Both the position numbers and the translations under genes were made by a program. Of a stretch of 59,612 nt of DNA, positions 10,234 through 20,909 are shown piece after piece. Below the pieces are notes generated by a model. That model was not told the origin of the DNA. It worked only from the letters and a program-made list of their open reading frames with translations, and ran no database searches. Source of the stretch: an uncultured Acetivibrio sp. (lineage in GTDB: Bacteria; Bacillota; Clostridia; Acetivibrionales; Acetivibrionaceae); assembly GCA_964466645.1 (NCBI GenBank), contig CAYXPB010000001.1, forward strand, positions 1-59,612, given 5' to 3'. How positions within the stretch are numbered: the first letter of the stretch is position 1; each line of letters starts with the position of its first letter.

Positions 10234-12525
10234 TTATTTTAAGTACTCCCTGAAGTTAACAACGTCAGTCTTCAATATAAACTGCTGATATGCCATCTTT
10301 TCCAATAGTGCATTTCTTAACCGCTTTTCTGCTAAGGGCATACCATCGCTTATAATACTGTAACCTTTTAACAAAAACACCCTTGTATCGTCTTCACTCA
10401 AGAGATAGTTTATTTTACCGGCAGCTTTCAAAAATTTCAAACCTGACTTTATAACGCTCTCCTCCACACCAAGCTTTATTGCAACAGCTTCAATATATAC
10501 CATTCCCTTATCCTTTGTTACTATATGCTTTATAAGCCCTAAAAGATTTGTCACAAAACCTTTGAATGAATAATCGGGCAAAATGTTAAAGTTAATTATA
10601 ATATTATGAGGATTACTCAAAGCTACAATTTCCCTAAAAATCTCCGTATTAGGCGGTGGAGATAATAACACCAGACTATCCGCCTTTACAATAGCAAAAC
10701 GATCAACAGCATTCGTTAGAGGACATCTTGAACCTAAACCTTCATAGAAAAATAGGGCTTTTTCATATTTTTCTGCCAAAATATTTAGCTCAACCCCTCT
10801 TTCATCAATAATATCCCCCCGGAATACTTTTTGTGTCTCTCCAGCTCCTTCGATCATTTGCACTAAAGTAAGCTGAATACTGGAATTACCCTTATAAGTA
10901 TTTTTGCTTATCTTGTAGGTCACATCAAAAACCTTGCCCTGAAGCGATTTATTCTCACCAAACCACTTGACTGCGGAAATCCTTGTATTGTTCTTCCCCT
11001 CTAACACCATTATGTGATGGTTCTTTTCAGTCTTTCTATCACTTAAAACCTTTAAACCGTAGGATACAAAAAGGGGCGCTTCAAAGCCTTCACCATATGG
11101 CCCTGCTGTAAGAAGTCTTTCATACAGCTCCATAGTTATGCTATCAATTTCAAGCTCTAAATCAATATCAACACTTACAGCATCACTGATAAAGTGTTTC
11201 TTTTCCGCAATAAGTTCAATTTCACTTACAAAGTCCTGAAGATCGTCTTTCAAAAGAGAAAGTCCTGCTGCCTGAGAATGGCCTCCAAATTTTAAAAGCT
11301 TACCGCTGCATTCCTTTATTAATTCATATATATTTATCTCCTCAACAGACCTTGCAGAGCCTACAACCGTTTTGCCATCCTCCTTGAGGGATAATAGAAT
11401 TGCCGGTTTTCTATACACTTCACATACCCTGCCCGCTGCAATTCCTATAATCCCGTGATGCCAAAAATCACTGTAGAGTACCAACACTGTCTTGTTCTTC
11501 TTTCTTGTCTCCACCTGTTCTATTGCCTGATCTATAATTTCCTGCTGAACCCTTTTGCGCTCTACATTAAGATAATCTATCTTTTGAGCCATTTCACCTG
11601 CAGTGTAAGGGTCTTTACAAAGCATTAGTTCCACCGGAAGCCTTGCCGACTCCATTCTTCCTGCGGCATTAATTCTAGGTGCTATCTGAAAGGCAATATC
11701 CTCTTCAGTACTAAGTTCACTAGTCTTGCTTGCTATCTCTAATAGTTTTACAAGTCCTTCCCTTTTTGTATTGAACAATCTAGGGATTGCTTTTTTAAGT
11801 AAATATCTATTTTCCCCATTAAGGCTTACTACGTCTGCGATAAGAGATAAAGCAAGCATATCTAAATAATCTTCCGATTTCTCCTCAATCCTTTTACTCT
11901 TTAAAAGTGCAACACAAAGAAAATATGCCATGGCACACCCTGACATATTTCTTGCCTTGTGCCCCTCTAGAAGGAGCTTTGGGTTTAATATCACATCTGC
12001 TTTTGGAAGCTCGGATGGAATATTGTGGTGATCGGTAAGTATTACATCCATCTTCAATTCTTTTGCACGATTTATCTCATTTATATTTGATATTCCACAG
12101 TCACAGGTAATAATTAAAGAGACTCCCTCGATTGCAAGTCTCTCTATAACCTCTAAATTCATGCCATAACCCTCTGTAAAGCGATCCGGAACATGGTATA
12201 CCACTCTATCTAAAAATAGGCTTAAGCATTCCAGAAGTGTAACCGTACTAGTCACACCGTCAACATCATAATCACCGTAAACACATACTTTCTCACCCTT
12301 ATCAGCAGCCTCGAGTATCCTGTCAACAGCCCTTTGCATTCCTTCAAACTCGCTCACCTCTGTGGGAGTATAGTATTCATCCTTTAACATCTGACGCACG
12401 GTATCCGAATTCTTATATCCCCTGTTATAAAAAATTCTTGCAATAAGTTCATCCCCATCAGCAGCTTCAATAAGCTCCTTAGGTATATGCACATCCTTAT
12501 TCAATATATTTATATTAATCCTCAC
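10234..12525 (-). CDS. recJ: Single-stranded DNA-specific 5'-3' exonuclease RecJ with long C-terminal extension
   Basis: YGDYDVDG, PDRFTEGYG, TDHH, PRINAAGR, GSARS, GGHSQAAG (DHH/DHHA1). Confidence 0.95.
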   Translation of the reverse strand: MRININILNKDVHIPKELIEAADGDELIARIFYNRGYKNSDTVRQMLKDEYYTPTEVSEFEGMQRAVDRILEAADKGEKVCVYGDYDVDGVTSTVTLLECLSLFLDRVVYHVPDRFTEGYGMNLEVIERLAIEGVSLIITCDCGISNINEINRAKELKMDVILTDHHNIPSELPKADVILNPKLLLEGHKARNMSGCAMAYFLCVALLKSKRIEEKSEDYLDMLALSLIADVVSLNGENRYLLKKAIPRLFNTKREGLVKLLEIASKTSELSTEEDIAFQIAPRINAAGRMESARLPVELMLCKDPYTAGEMAQKIDYLNVERKRVQQEIIDQAIEQVETRKKNKTVLVLYSDFWHHGIIGIAAGRVCEVYRKPAILLSLKEDGKTVVGSARSVEEINIYELIKECSGKLLKFGGHSQAAGLSLLKDDLQDFVSEIELIAEKKHFISDAVSVDIDLELEIDSITMELYERLLTAGPYGEGFEAPLFVSYGLKVLSDRKTEKNHHIMVLEGKNNTRISAVKWFGENKSLQGKVFDVTYKISKNTYKGNSSIQLTLVQMIEGAGETQKVFRGDIIDERGVELNILAEKYEKALFFYEGLGSRCPLTNAVDRFAIVKADSLVLLSPPPNTEIFREIVALSNPHNIIINFNILPDYSFKGFVTNLLGLIKHIVTKDKGMVYIEAVAIKLGVEESVIKSGLKFLKAAGKINYLLSEDDTRVFLLKGYSIISDGMPLAEKRLRNALLEKMAYQQFILKTDVVNFREYLK

Positions 12526-13350
12526 CTAAGTCAACTCCTCAATGCTTTCCCATTCAAGCTCGTCTAAAAAATCTTCATCTTCTTCAAGGACCTTAAAATC
12601 TATCCTTTGATTATTACAAAACCAATTAAATTCACAGTATTTACAGCTTTTTTCATACAATGACTTTTCAAATTCGGAAAAATCGTATTGAAGTATTCCT
12701 CTGATTTTATTTTGCAAAACCTCTATATATGTATTGTGCATTTGTTCACTGTATCTTATTTCCGTCAGCACCTCCGGAGGATCAGGCTGCCAATAACACA
12801 TGCTGATATTCTCGCATTTTATATGCTTTCCAGTCATTCTCTCGCTTTGCTCCTTTAGCACAAAAAGATACACCATGGTTTGGAGGCTTTTGTTATATTT
12901 ATTTGCCTTAATTCCCCTTTGCTCAGGTTTAGTTTCCTTGCCATGGGTTTTCCAATCCCAAATTTCAATTTTGTCTTGGTCAACTATCAGAAGATCAAAA
13001 TTAGCCTCTAGCCTCAAAAGCCCCTTTGCCATTCTCAGCTTATACTCGGGAAGGTATTTACGGCTTTCTTCTTTTTGAAACTTGTTTTCAAGACTTTTTA
13101 TCCAACTATCAAGTTCACGAAACCCCTCTGTTTTATCGTTTAATCCCGTATCGATACCAAGGAAATATCTATAGGCCAAAAGGTGAAAATTATTCCCCAT
13201 TTCAAGCCGCTTTTTTATTTCTTCGTCGGGAAAGTTATCCCACTTAAGATTTTCAAGATATCTCTTTTTAAACTTCAGAGGACACCTTTCAAAGGTCGCT
13301 AATGACTGTTGTGTAAATAAAAAATATTCAGCAAATCTTAAATCATTCAT
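12526..13350 (-). CDS. Stand-alone PD-(D/E)xK nuclease, AddB/Cas4-like, with four Cys (putative Fe-S)
   Basis: TFERCPLKF, GNNFH, ANFDLL...WDWKT, LQTMVY, C-terminal CKYCEFNWFC. Confidence 0.85.
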   Translation of the reverse strand: MNDLRFAEYFLFTQQSLATFERCPLKFKKRYLENLKWDNFPDEEIKKRLEMGNNFHLLAYRYFLGIDTGLNDKTEGFRELDSWIKSLENKFQKEESRKYLPEYKLRMAKGLLRLEANFDLLIVDQDKIEIWDWKTHGKETKPEQRGIKANKYNKSLQTMVYLFVLKEQSERMTGKHIKCENISMCYWQPDPPEVLTEIRYSEQMHNTYIEVLQNKIRGILQYDFSEFEKSLYEKSCKYCEFNWFCNNQRIDFKVLEEDEDFLDELEWESIEELT

Positions 13351-13428
13351 TATAATAACTCCTAATTTATCAAAAAATAATACCTTCAGCTTCTGTGTTT
13401 AAAAATGGCCTTAGTTATTTTTTTGGAA

Positions 13429-15651
13429 TCACCTAATATAATTTCTAAACTCTAAAATATATTTAGAGGGCAATGTTTCATTCCTTTTTCCCCTGTTTGT
13501 CTCAAAAGAGGTCAGAAACAAGTACTCCTTTGCCCTGGTTATACCTACGTATAAAAGCCTTGCCCTCTCTGATATAGTCTCAACTTTTGACCGCACTATA
13601 GAATCTCCGCTGGTTTTTCCACCTAATAACCTCTCTAAATCAGCTTTTATTATTGCTTGAGGGTTCTTAAACTCCTCCTTTAAGTACCAATACTCCCCAA
13701 CAAACTTGTCATCAAAACTAACAGGGAAATCACTATTAGTAAGACTTGTAAGGAATACAACATCCCATTCTAGCCCTTTTGATTTATGGTATGTAGCTAA
13801 TGTAACTACACCTGGTTTTGGCTCATAGCCTTTCAAGTCCCACACAATTCCTGCAAAAAAGTTAAATATGTTTTTTGGACTCAAAAGCTCTAAAGCCAAA
13901 TCTGCTAGTTTCCAGTGAGGATCCTGACTCATAATGTATCTGACATCACCAGCCACCTTCTGGGCTATAGCTCTCTCCTCCTTTTCAAATCTCAACTTCT
14001 CGGATATAAAAAGTATCAACTTTTCAACAATAGTGTTAGGAAACTCCAAAAGTTCTCTTACCATTTCGAGTTTATCAGTAAAATCAGCCCATATATCACT
14101 AATTAACAAATCCTTCGGGATATCAGTTCTCTCGATTTCACCACCGATGGGATATAGCAATTTTTCAACGGGGTACATCTTTAAAAATTCGTTTAAAATT
14201 ACTTTCTGCCCGACAGTTTTCTTCTCCTCATCAGGCTCTCCCTCAACCGATTCACTGTCATAGGAATCTAAAAGAAAACACTCATTCATCATATCAAAAA
14301 ATTTTTGTCCGTTTTCTGGCTGTGCAATAAAATCTATAATCCTACCCAACTTCCTTACGGTTTTGTTCTTTTCTCCGGAGGTATTATCAAGCAGCTCATA
14401 GGGTACATGTCTTGCTTCCATAAAGTTTATAATTACATTCATCCTCCATGAGGTAGGTACAAGTATTGCAATAGTCTTGTCGGGATATTTCTTCGCCATT
14501 TCCTGGGCTTTTACTACCACCGTTCGTGCTTCATCCTCCCAGGATTTAAATATACCCACCTTTATGCCATACTCGTCTATTTTAGGGTTTGGCCTTTCAT
14601 CCTCTTCGCCGACAGGTTCTATAAACTGAGGCAGAAGGCTTTCCCTGCATTCAGGTACTAGGTGTTTTTCCCTTATATGTTCAACAAAATAATTGGCAAG
14701 ATTTATTATGTCAACAGTATTTCTGCTGGACTGTGTTATTTTATATACAGTTGTTAAGGGGTTTTCACAAAAACTTTTAAACAAGGTAAAATCACTGTTA
14801 CTGAAGCTTCCACATATCGCCTGATTGCTGTCTCCAACTCTCAATAAGTTACCGTTTGATATCAGCTCTAGTATTTCACTCTGTATAAGGTTTGAGTCTT
14901 GTGCCTCATCTTCACAGACAAAAGTATACTTATTTTGATATTTTTCAAGCAAAAGAGCATCTTCCTTGAGCATTTTCTTAGCATTATACAACATATCGTC
15001 AAAGTCTAAAAATCCTCCGATTTTAAGCTTCCTATCGTATATTTCGTATATCTCGCTTGCCCAAGACAGTATTGATTCTTCCCCAAGTTTTTTGCATAGC
15101 TCCATTGCCTCTTTAGCCCCAATACCCCTACATTTAAAATCACCAATGGCAGAAAGCATAATATTGGACAGCTTGTCCTGCCAATTTTTATATGTATCAC
15201 TTATCCTATTTGCATTTAGGTTTGCTTCGTCTAAATAAAGCTTGAATTTTCGCTCATTATACCTTTTCCACTCGTCGATACTGCTAGAAATCAAATGAGT
15301 TTTCGATACACCGTCTATTATGGCAAACTCTTCATTGGTAATCACAAGATCAGGTTTTTCTTTTATTATCTGAAGGCATAACCCATGGATGGTGGAGACA
15401 AAATAATCCTTACCGCTTATAATTCCTCTATTCTTAAGCTCTGCTGCTATACGTTGCTTAAAATTATTAACAGCACTATTCATATAAGTAACAATAAGGA
15501 TTTTACCTGGTTTGTGAAGTTTGTTTGCGATCATCTCTGCAGTCCACAGCGAAAGGCAGTGTGTCTTTCCACCCCCTGGAATTGCGGGAATAGCACAGTA
15601 TCCGCTTCTATATTGTTCTACAAGTTCTCTTTGACCTTTTCTAAGTCCCAT
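13429..15651 (-). CDS. SF1A UvrD/PcrA/AddA-like ATP-dependent helicase without nuclease domain
   Basis: AIPGGGKT (variant Walker A), STIHG, DEAQD, VGDSNQAI, TYHKSKGLEWD, ERARLLYVGITRAKE; start set at MGLRKGQ after GGAGG. Confidence 0.9.
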   Translation of the reverse strand: MGLRKGQRELVEQYRSGYCAIPAIPGGGKTHCLSLWTAEMIANKLHKPGKILIVTYMNSAVNNFKQRIAAELKNRGIISGKDYFVSTIHGLCLQIIKEKPDLVITNEEFAIIDGVSKTHLISSSIDEWKRYNERKFKLYLDEANLNANRISDTYKNWQDKLSNIMLSAIGDFKCRGIGAKEAMELCKKLGEESILSWASEIYEIYDRKLKIGGFLDFDDMLYNAKKMLKEDALLLEKYQNKYTFVCEDEAQDSNLIQSEILELISNGNLLRVGDSNQAICGSFSNSDFTLFKSFCENPLTTVYKITQSSRNTVDIINLANYFVEHIREKHLVPECRESLLPQFIEPVGEEDERPNPKIDEYGIKVGIFKSWEDEARTVVVKAQEMAKKYPDKTIAILVPTSWRMNVIINFMEARHVPYELLDNTSGEKNKTVRKLGRIIDFIAQPENGQKFFDMMNECFLLDSYDSESVEGEPDEEKKTVGQKVILNEFLKMYPVEKLLYPIGGEIERTDIPKDLLISDIWADFTDKLEMVRELLEFPNTIVEKLILFISEKLRFEKEERAIAQKVAGDVRYIMSQDPHWKLADLALELLSPKNIFNFFAGIVWDLKGYEPKPGVVTLATYHKSKGLEWDVVFLTSLTNSDFPVSFDDKFVGEYWYLKEEFKNPQAIIKADLERLLGGKTSGDSIVRSKVETISERARLLYVGITRAKEYLFLTSFETNRGKRNETLPSKYILEFRNYIR

Positions 15652-15684
15652 CCTTACCCTCCACGGAAAATACACTTCTTATTT

Positions 15685-17751
15685 CTACAACATTATTTCA
15701 TCAAAGTAATCAACTAAAATACCATCATTCTCATATCCATTGGCCGACAGCATAGATTCAAAAGTAATAAGCTTATCGCTACACCTCTTGAAAAGAGCTC
15801 TCATAAGTGTAGCTAAATAGTGTTTCTGGTTTTTCTCTTCAAGCTCCTCGGTATAAACTCCGTTCTCCTCCCAGGTCTTTGTAAGTACATGTAGGTTTGT
15901 AATCTCCTTGATACTGCGTGGAGTCCAATTATCGCTGCTAAGGCTGGTGATTATAGTAACCTTACTCTTTAATGAACTTGCCAAATAGGGCACCGGTGTG
16001 GAAATAAGCACAAAATCTCCACTGAGCTTCTCTTCAAGTTCAAAAATACTTTCGGCTGATTTAATCCCTCTCCTCACAACCTCTAAAAAATCTTTGCTCG
16101 CATTCCTGTTAAACCTTGATACTACTTCAATAAAGGTCTGCGCACTGTCAATAAGGTTCTTTGCTTCTAAAATATCCTTCTGGGATACTTCCTTTGATAT
16201 AAGTATTTCCAAAAATACCTTTTGGAAGAATTCATTTATTTTAAGAGGCTTCTGCCTCGCCTTGTATTCACTTATCCAGTTTCTTATGTACTCATACTTT
16301 TCTATATTGTAATAGCCTATCCTCTCAACTAGTCCCGGAAACTCAATATCGGGAAACTGTGCAAAAGGTCTTTGGTTAACAATCTCACCGGCTAGAATTG
16401 AACTTCTTACAGGATCGATTTTAAGTACCATCCTAAGAAGCGCTCTTACATCATCTCTGTTGGGCATTGACCCATAAGTGGGATGACACAACTGTGCAAG
16501 CGTTATAAGTGCCTGTGAAAACGGATTGTCTATAAGCCTGCTTTTTCTTGCAAGGTTTTTAACTTCATACCCATGCCTTTCAAGAATTCTGGCAATTACA
16601 AACTCAGTAACGGGGTCAGCATAACTTGATATTACAACTATATCCGAAGGATTATAACCTTCCTTACTTATCAGCTGTACTATTCTTTCAGCAACGTTCT
16701 CTAACATCTCACTTCTCAATTCAAAGGGTGCAATCCTCTCTATATGTGGCCCGACATTGCACTTATTGCTTTTATGGTTTTCAATATTGTCAAACAGCAT
16801 ATCCGAAAACTCAACCATAAAATCTTGACAGGTATGGGATTTGCCCAATTCAATTTTATCAATTTTATCTAGCAATACCGACTTTACATATTTATGATTG
16901 CTCCCAAAAGCTTCTCCAAATCCTCCTTCATGATTATAAGCCAAAAGGCAGGTCTTAAGATTTGGCAGAAGAAAATCAATAAAATCCGCTTCGGTAGGTA
17001 CACACTCTTCAATATTATCTACAATGAGATGCTCAATCCTTAAAGACAACTTATCTATATATAATTTGTCCTTCAAAAGATAATTGTTGTATAAATCAAC
17101 CGCCATACCAAAATCAAATATTCCAAGCTCTAAACACTTTTTCCTGTAGGCGGCTAAAATATCATCGGCTTCCCTGTAAATCTGCTTTCTTAAGTCATCC
17201 TTATTTTCTAAAGCATTGTAAAGCCTGTCCCCGATTTTGTTATAAGGAATATCCGAAATAGCCGCTTTTACAAGGTTACCCGTGAGGTCAATAGCAAGCC
17301 TGTCGGTATAAGAAGTAACCCCTGCAAACGCACCTTCATGCTGCCTCCTCCATTCAATTACTGTAGCGACAAGGAACTGAGCTGCCTCAAAGGTAAGGAA
17401 AACCGGTTTTATATCTTTATTTACTATTTCCTTGCACTTTTTCGCAATAATAGGATAGTAGGTTTTGATTTCACTTTGAATAAAGCCATAATATGAAGTT
17501 CTTAAAACTGCACCGGAACCTTCAAGCACAGTTTTAGTTCTCCATTCTAATGACTGGGTCCTGTTTAGAAGCAGTATCAATATCTTCTCGCTAGGTACCT
17601 TGAGCTTATCCACCATATACCTGTATCTTTCCAACAGTATTGTAGATTTTCCACTTCCTGTGGGCCCTCTAAGAATATACTTAGAGTTATGTGAAGGCAT
17701 TTCAATTATCTTCCTAGAATCATCGTCAAAAATAATGGTATATCCCTCCAA
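15685..17751 (-). CDS. Degenerate SF1-helicase-like protein (AddB-N/RecC-like partner)
   Basis: Walker A GPTGSGKS present, Walker B degenerate (LIVDNIEE), no recognisable motif V/VI; YNPSDIVVIS resembles the UvrD 2A motif. Confidence 0.7.
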   Translation of the reverse strand: MEGYTIIFDDDSRKIIEMPSHNSKYILRGPTGSGKSTILLERYRYMVDKLKVPSEKILILLLNRTQSLEWRTKTVLEGSGAVLRTSYYGFIQSEIKTYYPIIAKKCKEIVNKDIKPVFLTFEAAQFLVATVIEWRRQHEGAFAGVTSYTDRLAIDLTGNLVKAAISDIPYNKIGDRLYNALENKDDLRKQIYREADDILAAYRKKCLELGIFDFGMAVDLYNNYLLKDKLYIDKLSLRIEHLIVDNIEECVPTEADFIDFLLPNLKTCLLAYNHEGGFGEAFGSNHKYVKSVLLDKIDKIELGKSHTCQDFMVEFSDMLFDNIENHKSNKCNVGPHIERIAPFELRSEMLENVAERIVQLISKEGYNPSDIVVISSYADPVTEFVIARILERHGYEVKNLARKSRLIDNPFSQALITLAQLCHPTYGSMPNRDDVRALLRMVLKIDPVRSSILAGEIVNQRPFAQFPDIEFPGLVERIGYYNIEKYEYIRNWISEYKARQKPLKINEFFQKVFLEILISKEVSQKDILEAKNLIDSAQTFIEVVSRFNRNASKDFLEVVRRGIKSAESIFELEEKLSGDFVLISTPVPYLASSLKSKVTIITSLSSDNWTPRSIKEITNLHVLTKTWEENGVYTEELEEKNQKHYLATLMRALFKRCSDKLITFESMLSANGYENDGILVDYFDEIML

Positions 17752-17798
17752 AATAGTTCTTGATTATATTATACCATTATGGGAATATTAATGAAAAT

Positions 17799-18074
17799 TT
17801 ATAATTGATTTTTTATTAAGAACAAGGTAATTATTACTTCTGCCAATAATATTGACGGGACACCAAGCATAAAGTACCAGTGTTTTGTCTTATGCCTGAA
17901 AAAAAGCATCCCCGCATATACACCAAGTGCTCCTCCTAAAACAGCGACTATAAAAAACATTTTCTCAGGAATTCTCCAAAGTCTTTTCTTGGCTTTATAT
18001 TTATCCACACCCATTATTATAAAACCAAAAATATTTATCAATAGCACAAAACCTAACAGTACATATAAAAACAC
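17799..18074 (-). CDS. DUF1294 family membrane protein
   Basis: MGVDKYKAKKRLWRIPEK...GGALG...FRHKTKHWYF. Confidence 0.9.
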   Translation of the reverse strand: MFLYVLLGFVLLINIFGFIIMGVDKYKAKKRLWRIPEKMFFIVAVLGGALGVYAGMLFFRHKTKHWYFMLGVPSILLAEVIITLFLIKNQL

Positions 18075-18128
18075 CTCAAAATCTCCTTTTCCAAATCGAA
18101 TAGAAATAATTGCTTAAATTTCTTATAA

Positions 18129-18228
18129 GGCTCTTTCAAAAAATAACCTCTACACTATTTAGGGCATAAGGCCCATTAAATCAGGTTTTCTGAAATGGCG
18201 ATTGACCAGTTATTTTTTTAGGATCACC
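18129..18228. mobile_element. MITE-like 100-bp element flanked by TAA; most complete copy of a dispersed repeat family
   Basis: TAA|GGCTCTTTCAAAAAATAAC...GTTATTTTTTTAGGATCACC|TAA; related ends at 13412, 25661, 44357, 48088, 10217. Confidence 0.55.
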
Positions 18229-18428
18229 TAATTATAACTAAATAAGGATTAAACATCAATATTCAAATATGCTTGATAAAAAATTGTCGGAGAATTAGCT
18301 AAATGCTATTGTGTTTAATTTACTATATATGTTAAAATATGCTTGACAAAGAAATTTGTCCATAATTTTTAGGTGGGTCAGGAAAGGATTCAAAGGTTAA
18401 TTAAAATTTTCGACTTTGGGAGGTCAAT

Positions 18429-19226
18429 ATGAGTAAGAATATTATGAAAAGATTAGCGTGTTTAGGTTTATGTTTTTGCCTTGTTTCTATTTCAACTGTG
18501 AATGTATTTGCAGCTAAAAAGGACTCATTTCTTTTTGGAAATTCATTCAAAGAAGTAAAGAAAGAAAAGAAAGAAAAAATCAACCCAATTCAGAACTTTA
18601 TTCTAGACTCCATGGATAGCAAAAGTAACGAAGAAATTGCTATAGTACTTTCTGGTTGTACCGATAATAATATCGAAAAAACCACTGCAAAAATTGCTAA
18701 ATTGCTAAAAGGTCCATGGGCATCTAAAAAAGGGCTTTCTGAATTGCAAGATATTCTTGAAATGTATGTAGAATACACACCAAAAGCTAAGTTTTGCTTG
18801 TGGAGTGTTATAGATGAAGGATTTAACGGAGTTAAAATACCAATTACATTGTCAAATAAACTCAAGTCAAAAATCAACTATGATTTTACTGGTAATAAAT
18901 CAGATGATCGTGGAACTAAGTTTTTGGTTAAATCCCTTCTAATATTTGATGAAGTTGCAGAATTAGAAGGAGATACTCTTTTAACAGTTAAAAACAACAA
19001 ATTCAATGTTCCAACAGTTAAGCTTAATAGACTTGAGGACTATTCCTATGTAACAGCAAGTATAGATTATGTACTTTACAATCTTGATACACTTCCTTTA
19101 GATACAGAAGATTTTGATTGTTTTGTTGATTACTATGAATCATACATAAATGATTGTGGAGTTTTTGGAATTTTTTCTTTCTTACGTTTATTAGATGCTA
19201 ACGGCATTGCATATACTACAAAATAA
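18429..19226 (+). CDS. Hypothetical secreted protein
   Basis: Signal-peptide-like N-terminus ending VNVFA, RBS GGGAGG, terminator downstream; family not recognised. Confidence 0.7.
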   Translation: MSKNIMKRLACLGLCFCLVSISTVNVFAAKKDSFLFGNSFKEVKKEKKEKINPIQNFILDSMDSKSNEEIAIVLSGCTDNNIEKTTAKIAKLLKGPWASKKGLSELQDILEMYVEYTPKAKFCLWSVIDEGFNGVKIPITLSNKLKSKINYDFTGNKSDDRGTKFLVKSLLIFDEVAELEGDTLLTVKNNKFNVPTVKLNRLEDYSYVTASIDYVLYNLDTLPLDTEDFDCFVDYYESYINDCGVFGIFSFLRLLDANGIAYTTK

Positions 19227-19352
19227 GAATTAATTCCGTAATAGAAATATATATGGCTTGCAAGCTGTTATTTAAGGAGTATATTTCCAACATTATAAAA
19301 GAGTGAATATGGTTTTGTAATGTAAACTCAAATTTTCTTGACCCACTAAATA

Positions 19353-19388
19353 CAAAAACACCCCAGCAATTTGCCGGGGTGTTTTTTT
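19353..19388. terminator. Rho-independent terminator, probably bidirectional
   Basis: AAAAACACCCCAGC-aattt-GCCGGGGTGTTTTTTT between convergent genes. Confidence 0.75.
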
Positions 19389-19505
19389 AGGGGGTTAAAA
19401 TGTATTTTGTGAGGTCATTTAAATTATTAACCTTTTATGAAATAAATATACCTAATTAATTATTTTTTATTTTTTTAGAAATAGCCTTATATTCCAAAGC
19501 TCTCT

Positions 19506-20843
19506 CTAATTATCGTACATCAAGTTCTCAACACTGCTCATAAACTGTTTTGAATTAACATTTTCCATGTAATTAACAAACAAAATTTCATTTATTCCTT
19601 TTGTTCCTATAAAATCAATAAGGTTTCCGGATGTATTATGATCATAAAACCTTGGATCAACAACATATATTTCTTCAAAATGGGGTAAAAGAAAAGGCAC
19701 TATAGTGTTACCATAAGAATCCTTTACTACCAAAAGCTTTTTCCCGTTTTTGTTATCGGTTTTAATCGCAGCCCAAGTAGAATCTCCACTGCTTAAAAAC
19801 ACCAAATACTTATCTCTTTTAGTTTGTGCATACTTCATATCAATAATTTCTGCTTCGTTAGAATTGTTCCAATGGTGCATCTCATATTTATAGTTTACAA
19901 ACGGTAAATATGCAACTATGGTGTCGGGGTTTTCTGCTATACTTTTGTCCATAGTTTTAGAGTAGGAGCTACCCAAAAAGTTGTCAATTTGAGCTGTTTT
20001 ATAATTTTCAAGAGGTACTGCCTCCTCATTTTTTGACTGCATAAACGCCATATAACCGTAATATGCCCCCAATGCAGTCCAGTGGTGGTCACTCCTAAAG
20101 TAAATATATTCATCCTTGTGATTATTTAATGTGTCATAAGCATTTACCGAAGTGATCCCGTTGCTAAACCTCGTATTAAGAAAATTTAGTGCATTATTCT
20201 GTGAATCTGTTATGCCCTTATATCTTTTAAGCTTAACAAATTCACTGTTTGTAGGCGCAATCAAGGAATATATAGGTATTTTATTAGCCAGCATATCATT
20301 ATACTTATTTAAAACTTCTGCATAATACTCAAAATTTTCTTTGTTAAACTTAAAAAGCTCGACTGCTTTCCCGTCTATAACAAGCCAATACCCAACCCCT
20401 TCACTTTCATCATACTTGTTTTCCGGTGCAGCTTCGGTCTGATCGGGAGTAGGCATTACTTCACCCGAGGTATTCTGCGGTTTTGGTGTCATATTTCTTT
20501 CATCGGTAATATCAGGCTTGTTCCCCTCAAAAGTATTGAATTCCTTTGACTTGTCTGAAACAATTATTTTTGCATCAGAGGTATTAAAAAATAATGTCTC
20601 CCGAATACCTGAACTCAATTTTAGAAGCTTATCCCTAAAAATAAAAGTATCATTGTAATAGTCATTGTAATCTGTAAAATAACTCCCACTTCTTAACGAG
20701 GATACTGTAAACTCAGGTTTTTGTTTCAAAGCTCGATTTTCAATTTCCGATAACTTCGCTTTATTTATGTTAACAAAATTTGCAATTCCCAAAACCAAAA
20801 TTATACCTAAAAACGCTATCGTATCCAAATGAAACTTTCTCAT
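19506..20843 (-). CDS. DHHW-family (AlgJ/AlgX-like) polysaccharide O-acetyltransferase
   Basis: ENRAL, YFRSDHHWTALGAY, KDSYGN, VVDPR; follows an MBOAT gene. Confidence 0.88.
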   Translation of the reverse strand: MRKFHLDTIAFLGIILVLGIANFVNINKAKLSEIENRALKQKPEFTVSSLRSGSYFTDYNDYYNDTFIFRDKLLKLSSGIRETLFFNTSDAKIIVSDKSKEFNTFEGNKPDITDERNMTPKPQNTSGEVMPTPDQTEAAPENKYDESEGVGYWLVIDGKAVELFKFNKENFEYYAEVLNKYNDMLANKIPIYSLIAPTNSEFVKLKRYKGITDSQNNALNFLNTRFSNGITSVNAYDTLNNHKDEYIYFRSDHHWTALGAYYGYMAFMQSKNEEAVPLENYKTAQIDNFLGSSYSKTMDKSIAENPDTIVAYLPFVNYKYEMHHWNNSNEAEIIDMKYAQTKRDKYLVFLSSGDSTWAAIKTDNKNGKKLLVVKDSYGNTIVPFLLPHFEEIYVVDPRFYDHNTSGNLIDFIGTKGINEILFVNYMENVNSKQFMSSVENLMYDN

Positions 20844-20909
20844 AGTTAACTACCTCCAATAGCTACATTTAATTTAAATCCTCTGCATTCCAAATGCTTT
20901 TGTTACGCA

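Noticed and set aside
12526-13350. Calling the nuclease cas4
   Set aside because: Same fold and Cys layout, but no cas1/cas2 or array; the context is helicases and recJ.
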